Source of the DNA: Deltaproteobacteria bacterium
GTDB taxonomy: Bacteria > Myxococcota_A > Polyangia > Polyangiales > Houyiibacteriaceae
NCBI GenBank assembly: GCA_034670305.1
Contig: JAXMNT010000007.1
Location: 32,001 to 96,000, forward strand
Length of the DNA: 64,000 bases
Direction of reading: 5' to 3'
Under the pieces are notes generated by a model, which did not search any database, had not been told where the DNA came from, and saw only the letters and a list, made by a program, of their open reading frames with translations. Position numbers and translations under genes: made by a program. Below, one piece after another: positions 26,652 through 38,354 of the stretch (position 1 is its first letter; every line of letters starts with the position of its first letter).

Positions 26652-27862
26652 CGGGTGGCTCGCGCGCGGTTCTTGGCTCGGACGGTTCGGCGGCGAACGT
26701 ACACGAGACCGAACATCGAAAGGGAGAGGAGGAGGAGTGGACTCGGAGGCTCTGAGCCACCGGGGAGACTGACGGCGCATCCGCCTTCTCCACACCCGCC
26801 TTCGACGGCGTCGCAGAAGCCGACGCCCGTCCGTCGGGTGATGCAGACCTCGGCCGAGAGCGCGCCCTCGTTGCCCGCTTGGTCGATCGACGCGATCCGC
26901 AGACCCGCCTGGCCGCCTTCGGCGACACCGAGCGCGTTCAGGTCGAGCGTGGTGCTGGACTCGCCTGGGCCCGTGGTCCGGGTGGTGACGATGCTCATCA
27001 TCGTCATGCCCCCGTCCTCGAGACCTGCGTCTTCGAGACCTGCGTCTTCGAGACCCGCGTCCTCGGCGGCGCCTGCGTCCGTGCCCGCGTCGGTGCCCGC
27101 GTCCACCGACATGCCCGCATCTTCGGTGCCCCCATCGGTGCGCACGCCGCCGCCATCCTGGGTGATGGTCGTGCCACAGCCATCGGACTCGATGTAGACC
27201 CGGTAGGAGAGGTCGGCTGGCGGGTCCGCGTCGCTCACGTTCGGCCAGTCGACCGTGACGTTGTTGCCCTCGAGGGTCAACGGGCTCGGGACGGGCGCCG
27301 CCGGGGCGACTGCGTCGATGGTCAGGTCGAAGAAGCCGAATTGGGTGGCCGCGACGGTGCCGACCTCTTCGTCCGAGCCGGTGCCGATGAGGTAGAAGCG
27401 GTAGGTCCGGCGCTCGCGCCCGCAGATGTCCGCGCCGGTGGTCGAACCGGTGTCGCCCGCGACGATGTCGGCCAGCGGAATCGTGATGCGGCTGTCGCCG
27501 TCCACGACCGGGTCGACGCGGAGGTGCACGCAGGTCCGGACGGCCGGGTCGCTGCTGCGCGCGTTGGCGTCGGCGATGCAATCGACGCTCGCGCCGTTGC
27601 TGTGCCAGATGTCGAGGCGGTTGGCCGCCGCGGCCGGCACGTTGTTCACCTGGATCTGCACCGCGGCGTCGCTGGACGTGCAGTCCGCGATGCCGAATCC
27701 GCGGATGATCTCGCTCGCGGTGGTGCGGTTGCCCCGTCCACCGGTCAGCTGCGCGATGTCGGCCGTGATCTGAGCCTCTGCGACCCCTGGAAGGGAGAGC
27801 AGCGCCGCCACCAGACACAAGGCGTGAAGGGGACGAACCCGTGCGGTGCGAGAGAAGAACAT
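26648..27862 (-). CDS. MYXO-CTERM-type anchored surface protein (MXAN_2561-like)
   Basis: Signal peptide ending VAEAQ, paired Cys, DAG repeats, IDQAGNEG. C-terminus GGCAV...LLLLSLSMFGLVYVRRR. Confidence 0.75.
   Translation of the reverse strand: MFFSRTARVRPLHALCLVAALLSLPGVAEAQITADIAQLTGGRGNRTTASEIIRGFGIADCTSSDAAVQIQVNNVPAAAANRLDIWHSNGASVDCIADANARSSDPAVRTCVHLRVDPVVDGDSRITIPLADIVAGDTGSTTGADICGRERRTYRFYLIGTGSDEEVGTVAATQFGFFDLTIDAVAPAAPVPSPLTLEGNNVTVDWPNVSDADPPADLSYRVYIESDGCGTTITQDGGGVRTDGGTEDAGMSVDAGTDAGTDAGAAEDAGLEDAGLEDAGLEDGGMTMMSIVTTRTTGPGESSTTLDLNALGVAEGGQAGLRIASIDQAGNEGALSAEVCITRRTGVGFCDAVEGGCGEGGCAVSLPGGSEPPSPLLLLSLSMFGLVYVRRRTVRAKNRARATR
27008..27130. repeat. Coding low-complexity DAG repeats (EDAGL x3, DAGT)
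   Basis: 15-bp unit CGAGACCTGCGTCTT and 12-bp unit GTGCCCGCGTCG in tandem. Confidence 0.8.
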
Positions 27863-28004
27863 TGGGAAAAGCGTGAGCAAGAAGCGAACCAGGGGTAAGG
27901 GCTGAGTTTCTGGGGTTTCGCCCACGACCGGGCGACGAACCGTCGTCATTGTGGCACGCGCACTGCCCATCGGGGTCGGTGCCTGCCAGATTGCCATCGG
28001 GCGC

Positions 28005-29009
<1,005 letters not shown>

Positions 29010-29114
29010 ACAGAGGTGTTAGCCCCATTCCCCAGAGGGTCAACGAAGTGGCGCATCAAGACCGCGCTCTTGCGTGATGGCGCTTCACCGACCACAGAAC
29101 GTTCCTACCGGGGG

Positions 29115-30722
29115 ATGAGGCACTCCATGTCGCGACTTCAGATCAACTCGTTGCCACCCGCGCTGCCGCGGATCTTGTCCGTTGTGCTCGGCGCAGTGGT
29201 GCTCGCGTCCGTGTCGGCAGCAGCCCAGCCGCCAGATCCTCCCTTGCCCCCTTCGCCGGTTCCGCCAGACACCCGCGCCGAGGATGTCGTGCGCAGCGCG
29301 CCCGTGCCGCCACCGGACGCGGACACGAGCGACGAAGCCGTGCGTGCCCAGCTCAGCGCACTGGCCGATCCATCCGGCATGACCGCGGACGAAGCCGCGC
29401 GTTTGGCCGCGGAGTCGGCCCCCTCGCTGCGAAGCGCGCAGATGTTCGTCCGCGCAGCGCAAGCCGCCTCCCGGGAAGCCTGGCAGGGGCTGTTCCCCCA
29501 GCTCTCGGTCAGCGCCCGCTACACGCGGCTGAGTCGGGTGGATCAGCCGGCGTTCGGAACGTCCGCGTTCTCGGAGGACGAACTCGCGCTGGCGCGGCTG
29601 GCGGCGAGCGGTGTGGACGATCCCGAAGCGCGCGGGCTGTGGAACGGCTTGCTCGATTCGTTCAGCAACACCGAGGCGTTCAGCTTCCCAGTGCTTCTCA
29701 ACCAGTACGGATTCCGCGCGACGGTCAGCTACCCGGTCTCGGATCTCTTCTTCACCATCCTCCCCGCCTACCGCGCCAGCGAGACGGCGGTCGAAGCGCG
29801 GCGCGCGCAGGTCGCGGTGGAACGGCGCCAGGTCGAGATGCGGGCGCGCGAAGCGCTCTTCGAACTCGCGCGCGCGCGCGGCGGCCAGGTCATCGCGGCG
29901 AAGGCCCTGGAACAAGCCGAGGCCCATCAGACCCAGCTCGACGCGATCATCGCAGCCGGCGCCGCAGCCCCGGTCGAAGGACTTCGACTGCAGGCCCAGG
30001 TCGCGCAAGCGCGGGTGACGGTGGCGCGTGCGAACGCAGGTGCGGTGCTCGCCGACCGGGCGCTCCGGTCCTTGCTGCACGTGGAGAGCACGGACCCGAT
30101 CCGCATCGGCGAGGACTTCTCGGTGACGCCGACTCCGCCCTCCGGCAGCCTCGAGACGCTCACCGAACGCGCCCTGCGCGACCGTGCGGAGCTCGCCGCC
30201 CTGCACGCGCTCGAGCGGGCCCGCGAGCAGGCCATTCGATCCGACCTCGGGCGGCGTTACCCGCAGCTCTTGGTGCAGGCGAACCTCGACATCGCGAACC
30301 CCAACCAGCGGATCATTCCCCAGCGGCAGGAGTTCGACACCACGTGGGATGTGAGCGTGGTGCTGCGTTGGTCTCCGAACGAGTTCGGGCAGGCACGCCA
30401 GCGGGTCGAATCGGCGCGGGCCACGTTGATGCAAGTGCGGGCGGACGTGGACGCGGTGCGCGACGCGGTGCAGTTGGAAGTAGCCCAGGGCGTGGAAGGC
30501 ATGACCGCCGCACGCCTCTCATTCGACGCGGCGCTCATCGGCCTGCGCGCAGCCTCCGAGAGCTACCGCGTGCGCCGAATGCAACTCGAGGCCGGCGCCG
30601 CGGTGACGAGTGACCTCATCGATGCGGATGCCGACCTCACGAGGGCGCGACTGCAGCTCGTGGACGCGGCGATCGAGCTGCACCTCACCGACGCGCGCCT
30701 GCGACACGCGCTCGGCGAGTAG
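29115..30722 (+). CDS. TolC-family outer-membrane efflux protein
   Basis: Signal peptide, two OEP-like halves (FPQLSVSARY; YPQLLVQANL), C-terminal G..TSDLIDA...L..ARLQ. Confidence 0.85.
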   Translation: MRHSMSRLQINSLPPALPRILSVVLGAVVLASVSAAAQPPDPPLPPSPVPPDTRAEDVVRSAPVPPPDADTSDEAVRAQLSALADPSGMTADEAARLAAESAPSLRSAQMFVRAAQAASREAWQGLFPQLSVSARYTRLSRVDQPAFGTSAFSEDELALARLAASGVDDPEARGLWNGLLDSFSNTEAFSFPVLLNQYGFRATVSYPVSDLFFTILPAYRASETAVEARRAQVAVERRQVEMRAREALFELARARGGQVIAAKALEQAEAHQTQLDAIIAAGAAAPVEGLRLQAQVAQARVTVARANAGAVLADRALRSLLHVESTDPIRIGEDFSVTPTPPSGSLETLTERALRDRAELAALHALERAREQAIRSDLGRRYPQLLVQANLDIANPNQRIIPQRQEFDTTWDVSVVLRWSPNEFGQARQRVESARATLMQVRADVDAVRDAVQLEVAQGVEGMTAARLSFDAALIGLRAASESYRVRRMQLEAGAAVTSDLIDADADLTRARLQLVDAAIELHLTDARLRHALGE

Positions 30723-30756
30723 GGCGCTGAGCGACCTGCTCGTCGTCCCGCGCGTC

Positions 30757-30807
30757 CGTGCGCCGAATGCAACTCGAGGCCGGCCCCGCGATGCGGATGC
30801 CGACCTC
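30757..30807 (+). repeat. Intergenic partial duplicate of the TolC gene 3' end
   Basis: 30757-30784 = 30569-30596 (28 bp) and 30789-30807 = 30620-30638 (19 bp). Confidence 0.85.
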
Positions 30808-30832
30808 GAGGCCGAACGGGTTCGAACTGCTC

Positions 30833-31498
30833 TTAGAAGCGTGCGGTCAGGGCGAGTCCGGCGCGCTCGCGGCTGATGATCGGCGCCAGCGAGTAGTTTT
30901 GGGCCGACCACTGACGGCGCGCACGCAAGCGCTTCGGCAGGAGAATCGCGAGACCGATGACGAGCATGGCGACGCCGGCGACACCGAGGACGGCGCCGAC
31001 GTAGAGCGACGGGTCCGTGACGCAGAAGTCGTCGAACGCGCTGCAGGTCTCGGAGGTCGCGATGAGCGCGCCGCCGACTGCGAGCAGGCCGACGCCGATG
31101 CCCGCGAAGATGAAGGGCGCGGCCAGGCTGGGGCGGCGGGCCGGAGGGGCCTGGAACTGTGGCTGTGGCTGGTAGTACTGCTGCTGCTGTTGCTGCGGGT
31201 ACTGCTGCGGCTGCTGCTGGTACTGCTGGGACTGCGGCTGAGGCACCACCTCGACCTGGGCGTTCACCTGGAACGCGCTCTCGTCGACCTGGACCTGTTG
31301 CACATTGGCGGCTTGGATCGTGACGACCTGCCCATCGGCCATCTGGATCACGACGTCGGCGCCTTGACCGTACGAGAGGATCTCACCTTGGACCTGGCTC
31401 CCATCGGTCAGGAACACCGTGCCCTGGTCGGCCAGTGCCACGGAACCGAACGCCAAACTCATCGCACACGTCAGAAGCCATTTTCGCAAAGTCGTCAT
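30833..31498 (-). CDS. Exported hypothetical protein with a Gln/Pro-rich linker and two TM helices
   Basis: Signal peptide ending VALA, small beta domain TVFLTDGSQVQGEI, poly-Q tract, TM pair, C-terminal strand ending in Phe. Confidence 0.7.
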   Translation of the reverse strand: MTTLRKWLLTCAMSLAFGSVALADQGTVFLTDGSQVQGEILSYGQGADVVIQMADGQVVTIQAANVQQVQVDESAFQVNAQVEVVPQPQSQQYQQQPQQYPQQQQQQYYQPQPQFQAPPARRPSLAAPFIFAGIGVGLLAVGGALIATSETCSAFDDFCVTDPSLYVGAVLGVAGVAMLVIGLAILLPKRLRARRQWSAQNYSLAPIISRERAGLALTARF

Positions 31499-31653
31499 GA
31501 ATCCTCCCGGGCGGAGAATAGCGGGACAATGCACCTCTGGCGATCTTCAATGTTCCAGCCCAGGCTGAAGCCTCCGATGCACACCCATTCCCACACGCGA
31601 TGTGCTGCGCTGGAAAGCACCAGAACCCCCACGCACCCGAGACGGGTGGGTCG

Positions 31654-32046
31654 ATGACCGTCCTCGTGGCGGCCGGCGTGATCCGCCGACCCGGCGACCC
31701 GCGCATCTTGCTGACGCAGCGTCTTCCGTCGGCGCACCTGGCCGGAAAGTGGGAGTTCCCAGGCGGCAAGCTCGAGCCAGGCGAAGCCCCGACCGACGCG
31801 CTTCGGCGTGAATGTTTGGAAGAATGCGGGATCGAGGTGGCGCCAGGCGACATCCTCGAGGTCACCTTTCACGCCTACCCCACCAAAGACGTTCTGCTTC
31901 TGTTCTACGACGCAACGTGGCTCGAGGGCGCGGTGCAGCACCTCGGGGTGGCGGATCACCGCTGGGTGCGGCCGGAGGACATCTCCTCCTACGACCTGCC
32001 TCCGGCCGACCTCGGGGTCGTTGGCAAGATTCAGCGGCGGGGCTGA
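31654..32046 (+). CDS. NUDIX hydrolase (MutT/NudG-like)
   Basis: WEFPGGKLEPGE...ALRRECLEECG Nudix box. Confidence 0.9.
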   Translation: MTVLVAAGVIRRPGDPRILLTQRLPSAHLAGKWEFPGGKLEPGEAPTDALRRECLEECGIEVAPGDILEVTFHAYPTKDVLLLFYDATWLEGAVQHLGVADHRWVRPEDISSYDLPPADLGVVGKIQRRG

Positions 32047-32052
32047 AGCCGC

Positions 32053-33165
32053 TCAGTCCACAGACAGGTCGCCCTCGATCAGGAGATCGCCTCCGTCGAG
32101 GATCGTCACTGCGGGCGAGACCAGTTGAAACGCATCCGCGATGCGAAGCGGTCCGCCGTCCTGGCCGGCGAAGGCCATCGCCCGCGTGTCCCCCACGATC
32201 TTCGGCGCGATGAAGACGGCGGCGCGGTCGGCGTGCCCACCGTGCAGCAGCGCGGCGTGGAGGGTCGGGCCGCCTTCGACCAGCAACCGCACGATGTCCC
32301 GCTTGCCGAGGGCCCGCAGTGCGTCGCCCAGGTCGACCCGCGCGCCGGTCCCCACGCGCTCCACCTCAGCGCCGGTCGTGACGAGGGCCGCCTCCGCCTC
32401 GGCGCTTCCGTCGCTGTGCAAGACCAGGGTCCCAGGCGCGGCCAACTGGGACGTGGTCGGAAGGCGCAGCGAGGAGTCGATCACGACCCGGAGTGGATCC
32501 CGGCCGTCGACGTGGCGCACCGTCAGGGCGGGGTCGTCGGCGAGCGCGGTCCCGATGCCGACCAGCACCGCATCGGCCCGGTCCCGCATTCGGTGCGCCT
32601 CCGTGCGGGCCGCGGCGCCGGTGATCCATTTCGAATCGCCGGTGCGCGTGGCCATGCGGCCGTCGAGGGTGACCGCCGCTTTGAGCGTGACGAACGGAAG
32701 CCCGGTGCGGATGTGTTTCGCGAAGTCCGAAACGAGCGCGGTGCAGGCGTCTCCGAGCACTCCGACGTCCACGCGGATGCCGGCGTCGCGGAGCCGCTCG
32801 ATGGCACCGGGCACGTGGGGGGCAGGATCCCGCGCGCCCACGACCACACGCTCGAGGCCCGCCGCCAGGACCGCTTCGGTGCAGGGTCCGGTGCGGCCGT
32901 GGTGGTTGCACGGTTCCATGGTCACGTAGAGGGTCAGGCCCACGCAGCTGCCCGCATCCGCGATGGCGGCGACCTCGGCGTGCGCTTCGCCGGCGCGTTC
33001 GTGGTGACCGACGCCAACCACTGCGCCGGCCGCATCCACGATCACCGCGCCCACATGGGGGTTGGGACTCGGCCGCCCTCGGCGGGCCGCTTCGAGCGCC
33101 ATCGCCATGAACCGCTCGTCTTCGCTTCGCTGCCGCTCCAGCCACTCCTCGCGCACTTCCTTCAT
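32053..33165 (-). CDS. ribD: Riboflavin biosynthesis deaminase/reductase
   Basis: SPNPHVGAV, HAE, EPCNHHGRTGPC, KAAVTLDG, SKWITG, VEGG. Confidence 0.95.
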   Translation of the reverse strand: MKEVREEWLERQRSEDERFMAMALEAARRGRPSPNPHVGAVIVDAAGAVVGVGHHERAGEAHAEVAAIADAGSCVGLTLYVTMEPCNHHGRTGPCTEAVLAAGLERVVVGARDPAPHVPGAIERLRDAGIRVDVGVLGDACTALVSDFAKHIRTGLPFVTLKAAVTLDGRMATRTGDSKWITGAAARTEAHRMRDRADAVLVGIGTALADDPALTVRHVDGRDPLRVVIDSSLRLPTTSQLAAPGTLVLHSDGSAEAEAALVTTGAEVERVGTGARVDLGDALRALGKRDIVRLLVEGGPTLHAALLHGGHADRAAVFIAPKIVGDTRAMAFAGQDGGPLRIADAFQLVSPAVTILDGGDLLIEGDLSVD

Positions 33166-33178
33166 TCGCTGTGCGGCT

Positions 33179-33667
33179 TCATCCGTGGGGGCGGGCAGTG
33201 GCGGATTTGGCGGCGTCTTCGTTCAACAGCCGCTCGAGCTCCTTCATGAACTCGCGCACATCCTGGAACTCCCGGTAGACGCTGGCGAAACGCACGTACG
33301 CGACCGGGTCGAGATCTTTGAGTTGCGCGAGCACCATCTTGCCGACGATCGACGACGGGATCTCACTCTCGCCGCGCTCGACCGCTTCCCGTTGCACCGC
33401 GTCGACGACCCGCTCGAGCGCATCGGCGGAGATGTCGCGTTTGGCGCAGGAACGCCGAAGCCCCGCCAGGATCCGGTCGCGGTCGAAGGGCTGGCGTCGA
33501 CCGTCCTTCTTCATCACGAGGGGCAGGGCCACCTCCACCCGCTCGTAGGTGGTGTAGCGCCGCCCGCAGGCCTCGCACTCACGCCGGCGGCGGATCACTT
33601 CGCCCGCCTGCGAAAGGCGGGAGTCGATGACTTTGTTCTCCAGAGTCGAACAGAAGGGACAGCGCAC
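33179..33667 (-). CDS. nrdR: Transcriptional repressor NrdR
   Basis: (V)RCPFC..VIDSR..IRRRREC..CGRRYTTYE, ATP cone, VAYVRFASVY. GTG start. Confidence 0.96.
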   Translation of the reverse strand: MRCPFCSTLENKVIDSRLSQAGEVIRRRRECEACGRRYTTYERVEVALPLVMKKDGRRQPFDRDRILAGLRRSCAKRDISADALERVVDAVQREAVERGESEIPSSIVGKMVLAQLKDLDPVAYVRFASVYREFQDVREFMKELERLLNEDAAKSATARPHG

Positions 33668-33820
33668 CCATCGGGTGTAGCAGTGCCGCCACGAACGTCC
33701 ATGGATTTGGGACTCCGCCGACCGACGCGACGTCCAGCCGTGGGGGCTCGCCGTCGCGCCTCCGTCCGAGGAATGGAACGGGCTGTTGGCCCCCTTGCTC
33801 CCGACTGCTAAGCCCCAAAC

Positions 33821-34969
33821 ATGCGCACCGCCGCCATCGAACGGGTCTTGGCCGCCCTGGAAGACATCCGCCTCGGCAAGATGGTCATTCTGACCGACGA
33901 CGAGGATCGCGAGAACGAAGGCGACCTCGTGCTCGCGGCGGAGCTCTGCACGCCCGAGTCGATCAACTTCATGGCCCGACATGCGCGTGGCCTCATCTGT
34001 TTGAGCCTCACCGACGAGCGCTGTCGGCTGCTCGACCTGCCGATGATGGTGGATGAGAATCGTTCCAGCCGGAGCACCGCGTTCACCGTCTCGATCGAAG
34101 CGCGCCACGGGGTCACGACCGGCATCAGCGCAGCGGACCGATGCCACACGGTACTGGCCGCGGTCGCGCCCGAAGCGCGCCCCGCCGACCTCGTCTCGCC
34201 CGGACACGTGTTCCCGCTGCGTGGACGGCCGGGTGGGGTGCTGCAGCGCACCGGCCACACCGAGGGCAGCATCGACCTCGCACGCCTCGCAGGGCTCGAC
34301 CCCAGCGGCGTCATCTGCGAAATCATGAACGAGGACGGGACGATGGCCCGTGCGGACGACCTCGTCGCGTTCGGCCAGAAGCACGGCATCCGCCTGATCA
34401 GCATCGCCGATCTCATCGAATACCGCCTGGCCCGGGAGCGCCTCGTGCGGGTGGTGCGCGACGCCGAAGTCACGCTGCCCTCGAAGGCCGTCTGGCGTGC
34501 GCGCGTTTACGAGGTCGCGACGGACGGACGTCAGTTCCTCGCGATGCTGCACGGAGAGATCGACCGCGAACCGACCATGGTGCGCGTCCACACCGGTTCG
34601 GTGCTCGGAGACCTGGTCGGACTCGAGGAGCCCGGTCGGGTGCAGATGCGGGAAGCGATCGAACGCATCGAAGAAGAGGGGAAGGGCGTCGTGCTCTTGC
34701 TGCCCTCGACCGCGCATCTCCAGGACGACCTCGCGTTCTTCCTGGGCGAGACCCCCGAGCGGCCGCGCCCCGCCCAAGGAGAGGTGTTGCGCGAGTACGG
34801 CCTCGGCGCGCAGGTGCTCGCGCACCTCGGTCTCGGTCGCATCCGCATTCTGACCAATCGGCCCCGCCGGATACCGAGCCTGGAAGGGTATGGTCTGGAA
34901 GTCGTCGAACAGTTGATACTTCGCGAGCCGGTGGTCCCTCCGGCAGCGCCCGCGCGAACCACGCACTAG
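33821..34969 (+). CDS. ribB: DHBP synthase fused to a degenerate GTP cyclohydrolase II domain (RibBA/RibBX)
   Basis: [38 protein letters not shown]. The C-terminal domain has no Zn-binding Cys. Confidence 0.9.
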   Translation: MRTAAIERVLAALEDIRLGKMVILTDDEDRENEGDLVLAAELCTPESINFMARHARGLICLSLTDERCRLLDLPMMVDENRSSRSTAFTVSIEARHGVTTGISAADRCHTVLAAVAPEARPADLVSPGHVFPLRGRPGGVLQRTGHTEGSIDLARLAGLDPSGVICEIMNEDGTMARADDLVAFGQKHGIRLISIADLIEYRLARERLVRVVRDAEVTLPSKAVWRARVYEVATDGRQFLAMLHGEIDREPTMVRVHTGSVLGDLVGLEEPGRVQMREAIERIEEEGKGVVLLLPSTAHLQDDLAFFLGETPERPRPAQGEVLREYGLGAQVLAHLGLGRIRILTNRPRRIPSLEGYGLEVVEQLILREPVVPPAAPARTTH

Positions 34970-34985
34970 TCAGAAGAACATCGTC

Positions 34986-35465
<480 letters not shown>

Positions 35466-35472
35466 GCGCACG

Positions 35473-35883
35473 ATGGGCATTCGTCGAAAAGCACGCGAGG
35501 CTGCGCTCCAGATCCTCTATCAGATCGATGCCTCCGGTGCGTCGTGTGAGGATGCGGTCCGTACCTACTGGACCCATCTCGCGGCGACCCCCGATGCGGA
35601 GGAGTTCGCGACGGAACTCGTACGCGGCGTGGACGGACACATGGAGCGGATCGACGACACGATCCGCAATGTGAGCCATCATTGGCGGCTCGAACGCATG
35701 ACCCGGGTGGATCGCAACATCATCCGTCTCGCCACCTTCGAGTTGCTCGAGATGGCGGAGATCCCTCGGCGGGTGACCCTGAACGAAGCGATCGAACTCG
35801 CGAAACGGTTCGGGGCCGAGGGCAGCGCCAAGTTCGTCAACGGTGTGCTCGATCGGATCGCAAGCGACGCCGGCAAGGTCTGA
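35473..35883 (+). CDS. nusB: Transcription antitermination factor NusB
   Basis: RRKAREAALQILY, VDRNIIR, NEAIELAKRFG, FVNGVLD. Confidence 0.97.
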   Translation: MGIRRKAREAALQILYQIDASGASCEDAVRTYWTHLAATPDAEEFATELVRGVDGHMERIDDTIRNVSHHWRLERMTRVDRNIIRLATFELLEMAEIPRRVTLNEAIELAKRFGAEGSAKFVNGVLDRIASDAGKV

Positions 35884-36404
35884 TGGAGATCCGGTTCGCG
35901 CCGGCCGACCTCCGTCGGCTGGATGGCATCCAGAGCGAAGCGCTCGCGATGACGTTCTTCCAGGACGAACGCCCCCTCCGCGGTGCGCTTGGTCTGATCG
36001 ATTGGCGCCTCTGCGGCTTTCTGTCGCGGCAGCTGATCGCTGGTCGATTGAGCGGTCGTTTGGACGACATGGTGCTGGTGCCGACGCGCGGGCGGCTCAG
36101 TTGCGACAAGCTCTTCGTCCTGGGGCTCGGCAAACGCGAGGCGTTCGATGGCGAACGCTACGAGACCGTACTGACGACCCTGTTCGCCGCGCTCTCGAGG
36201 GCGAAAGTGCGTTCGAGCGTTTGGTCTCTGCCTGGACGTGCGACGCACGCCATCGGCGCTGGCGAAGCCATGGAACGTTTGCTCCGTGTCTCGCAAGGCT
36301 TCCAGGATCAGGACGAGTTGACGGTCCTTGAAGGGCAGGATGGACAGCGTGAGATGGAGTCCGTCGTACTGCAGGAGAAACGAAGGCTGCGTGCCTTCGA
36401 GTAG
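35883..36404 (+). CDS. Stand-alone peptidase M17 N-terminal-like domain protein
   Basis: DERPLRG..GLIDWRLCG.LSR, LFVLGLG. The ATG overlaps the nusB stop; no catalytic domain follows. Confidence 0.7.
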   Translation: MEIRFAPADLRRLDGIQSEALAMTFFQDERPLRGALGLIDWRLCGFLSRQLIAGRLSGRLDDMVLVPTRGRLSCDKLFVLGLGKREAFDGERYETVLTTLFAALSRAKVRSSVWSLPGRATHAIGAGEAMERLLRVSQGFQDQDELTVLEGQDGQREMESVVLQEKRRLRAFE

Positions 36405-36407
36405 CGT

Positions 36408-38354
36408 CTAACGACGCTTTTTCTTCTTGGCGGCCTTCTTGGTCGTCTTCTTCTTGGCGGCCTTCTTGGTCGTCTTCTTCTTGGCGGCCTTCTTGGTCGT
36501 CTTCTTCTTGGCGGCCTTCGTGGTCGTCTTCTTCTTGGCGGCCTTCTTGGCGGTCTTCTTCTTGGCGGTCTTCTTCTTGGCGGCCTTCTTGGCGGTCTTC
36601 TTCTTGGCGGCCTTCTTGGTCGTCTTCTTCTTGGCGGCCTTCTTGGTCGTCTTCTTCTTGGTCGTCTTCTTCTTGGCGGCCTTCTTGGTCGTCTTCTTGG
36701 CGGCCTTCTTGGTCGTCTTCTTGGCGGTCTTCTTCTTGGCGGCCTTCTTGGTCGCCTTCTTCTTGGCGGTCTTCTTCTTGGCGGCCTTCTTGGTCGCCTT
36801 CTTCTTGGTCGCCTTCTTCTTGGTCGCCTTCTTCTTGGTCGCCTTCTTCTTGGTCGTCTTCTTCTTGGCGGCCTTCTTGGTCGTCTTCTTCTTGGTCGCC
36901 TTCTTCTTGGCGGCCTTCTTCTTGGTCGCCTTCTTCTTGGTCGCCTTCTTCTTGGTCGCCTTCTTCTTGGTCGACTTCTTCTTGGCGGCCTTCTTCTTGG
37001 TCGCCTTCTTCTTGGTCGACTTCTTGGCGGCCTTCTTCTTGGTCGCCTTCTTCTTGGTCGCCTTCTTCTTGGTCGCCTTCTTCTTGGTCGCCTTCTTCTT
37101 GGTCGCCTTCTTCTTGGCGGCCTTCTTCTTGGCGGCGGCGGCCTTCTTCTTGGCGGCGGCAGCCTTCTTCTTGGCGGCGTCGGCCTTCTTCTTGGCGGCG
37201 GCCTTCTTCTTGGCGGCCTTCTCGCGAGCGATGCGCTTCTTCTCGGCGACGACGGCGGCCTTCTCGCGGGCGATGCGCTTCTTCTCAGCGGCCACGGCCG
37301 CCTTCTCGCGGGCGACGCGCTTCTTCTCAGCCGCCTTTTCGCGGGCCACGCGCTTCTTCTCGACCGCAGCCAGTCGGGCGAGCTTCTTCTTCTCGCGATC
37401 GGCCTTCTTCTTCGCCGCCGCCTTCGCTTTGGCGACGCGCTTCTTCTCGGCTGCGACCTTCTTCTTGGCCGCCGCCTTCTCGCGAGCGATGCGCTTCTTC
37501 TCGGCCAGCTTTTCAGCAGCCTTCCGCTTGGCGAGTTTCTCGGCGGCGCGTTGGGCATCCCGCTTGCGTTTCTCCGCCTCTTTCTTCTCGCGCTTCTTCT
37601 TCGCAGCGGCGTCTTTGATCGCCTGCTGCTTTCGAAGCTCCGCGTCGCGCTTCTCCTGGATGCGTCGCTGTGCTTCTGCCTTCGCGTCGGCGGCCTTCTC
37701 AGCCGCCCGCTTGACCGCGAGCTCCTTCGCCTTGGCCTGCTCCGCGGCGCGCTTGGGCTTCTCGGCCTCGACCGCCTCGACCGCTGCTTTGGATCCGACC
37801 GGCGGGACGCGCGTGCGTTTGGGGGGCGCGAGGATGGGGCGTCGGCCGTGCCGCTGGTCCGGCGTCGGCATGACGCCCTTGCGGGAGGCGTCGCGCAGCG
37901 CGCGCCGAGCGGACTCAGGGCTCGAGAAGAAACGCTTCATCGACTCCAAGTAGAGCGATCGCCAGAGCTTCTTGTATTGCTCGGCCTGTCCGGCCGGAAT
38001 CTCGGTGTGCTGGATGATGACGCGGGTTCCACCCGCCACCGGCTCCAGCAACACTTCTACCTGCGAGTCCGCGACATCCGTCGGAAAGTCAGAGGTTCGC
38101 CAGGTGAGTACGATTCGCCGCCCCGTGTCCAGAAGGATGTGGGTGGCGTCGATGTAGCCATCGGCGGCGGTTAGCCGCCCCCCAACCCATTGATCCACGG
38201 TCGCGCGTTTGCCGGTGAACGCCGAATGTCTGCGTTCATCCATCCACGCTGCATAGATGGAGTTGGGGCTGCTTGGTATCAGCGAGGACACCTTCAGCTC
38301 TTCGTTCCCTCCACCCTCAGGCGGCGGGACATTTTCGGGCGGGTCTTGAGCCAT
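36408..38354 (-). CDS. SRPBCC/AHSA1-like domain fused to a histone-H1-like Lys/Ala/Thr repeat tail
   Basis: N-terminal IYAAWMD...HSAFTG...[11 protein letters not shown]...GTRVIIQH...W...Y..MKRFF, followed by about 450 aa of charged and [15 protein letters not shown] repeats. Confidence 0.85.
   Translation of the reverse strand: MAQDPPENVPPPEGGGNEELKVSSLIPSSPNSIYAAWMDERRHSAFTGKRATVDQWVGGRLTAADGYIDATHILLDTGRRIVLTWRTSDFPTDVADSQVEVLLEPVAGGTRVIIQHTEIPAGQAEQYKKLWRSLYLESMKRFFSSPESARRALRDASRKGVMPTPDQRHGRRPILAPPKRTRVPPVGSKAAVEAVEAEKPKRAAEQAKAKELAVKRAAEKAADAKAEAQRRIQEKRDAELRKQQAIKDAAAKKKREKKEAEKRKRDAQRAAEKLAKRKAAEKLAEKKRIAREKAAAKKKVAAEKKRVAKAKAAAKKKADREKKKLARLAAVEKKRVAREKAAEKKRVAREKAAVAAEKKRIAREKAAVVAEKKRIAREKAAKKKAAAKKKADAAKKKAAAAKKKAAAAKKKAAKKKATKKKATKKKATKKKATKKKATKKKAAKKSTKKKATKKKAAKKKSTKKKATKKKATKKKATKKKAAKKKATKKKTTKKAAKKKTTKKKATKKKATKKKATKKKATKKAAKKKTAKKKATKKAAKKKTAKKTTKKAAKKTTKKAAKKKTTKKKTTKKAAKKKTTKKAAKKKTAKKAAKKKTAKKKTAKKAAKKKTTTKAAKKKTTKKAAKKKTTKKAAKKKTTKKAAKKKKRR
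36421..37220. repeat. Low-complexity 12/15-bp coding tandem repeats (KKATK-type)
   Basis: (CTTCTTCTTGGTCGC)n and (CTTCTTGGCGGC)n variants. Confidence 0.95.

Noticed and set aside
27952..27967. sigma54-like TGGCACG-N4-CTGC
   Set aside because: Imperfect -12 element, and it points opposite to the local genes.
36427..37953. Very hydrophobic 508-aa ORF (AAFLVVFFL)n
   Set aside because: Reverse-complement reading of the Lys/Ala/Thr repeats; the minus strand carries the real domain.
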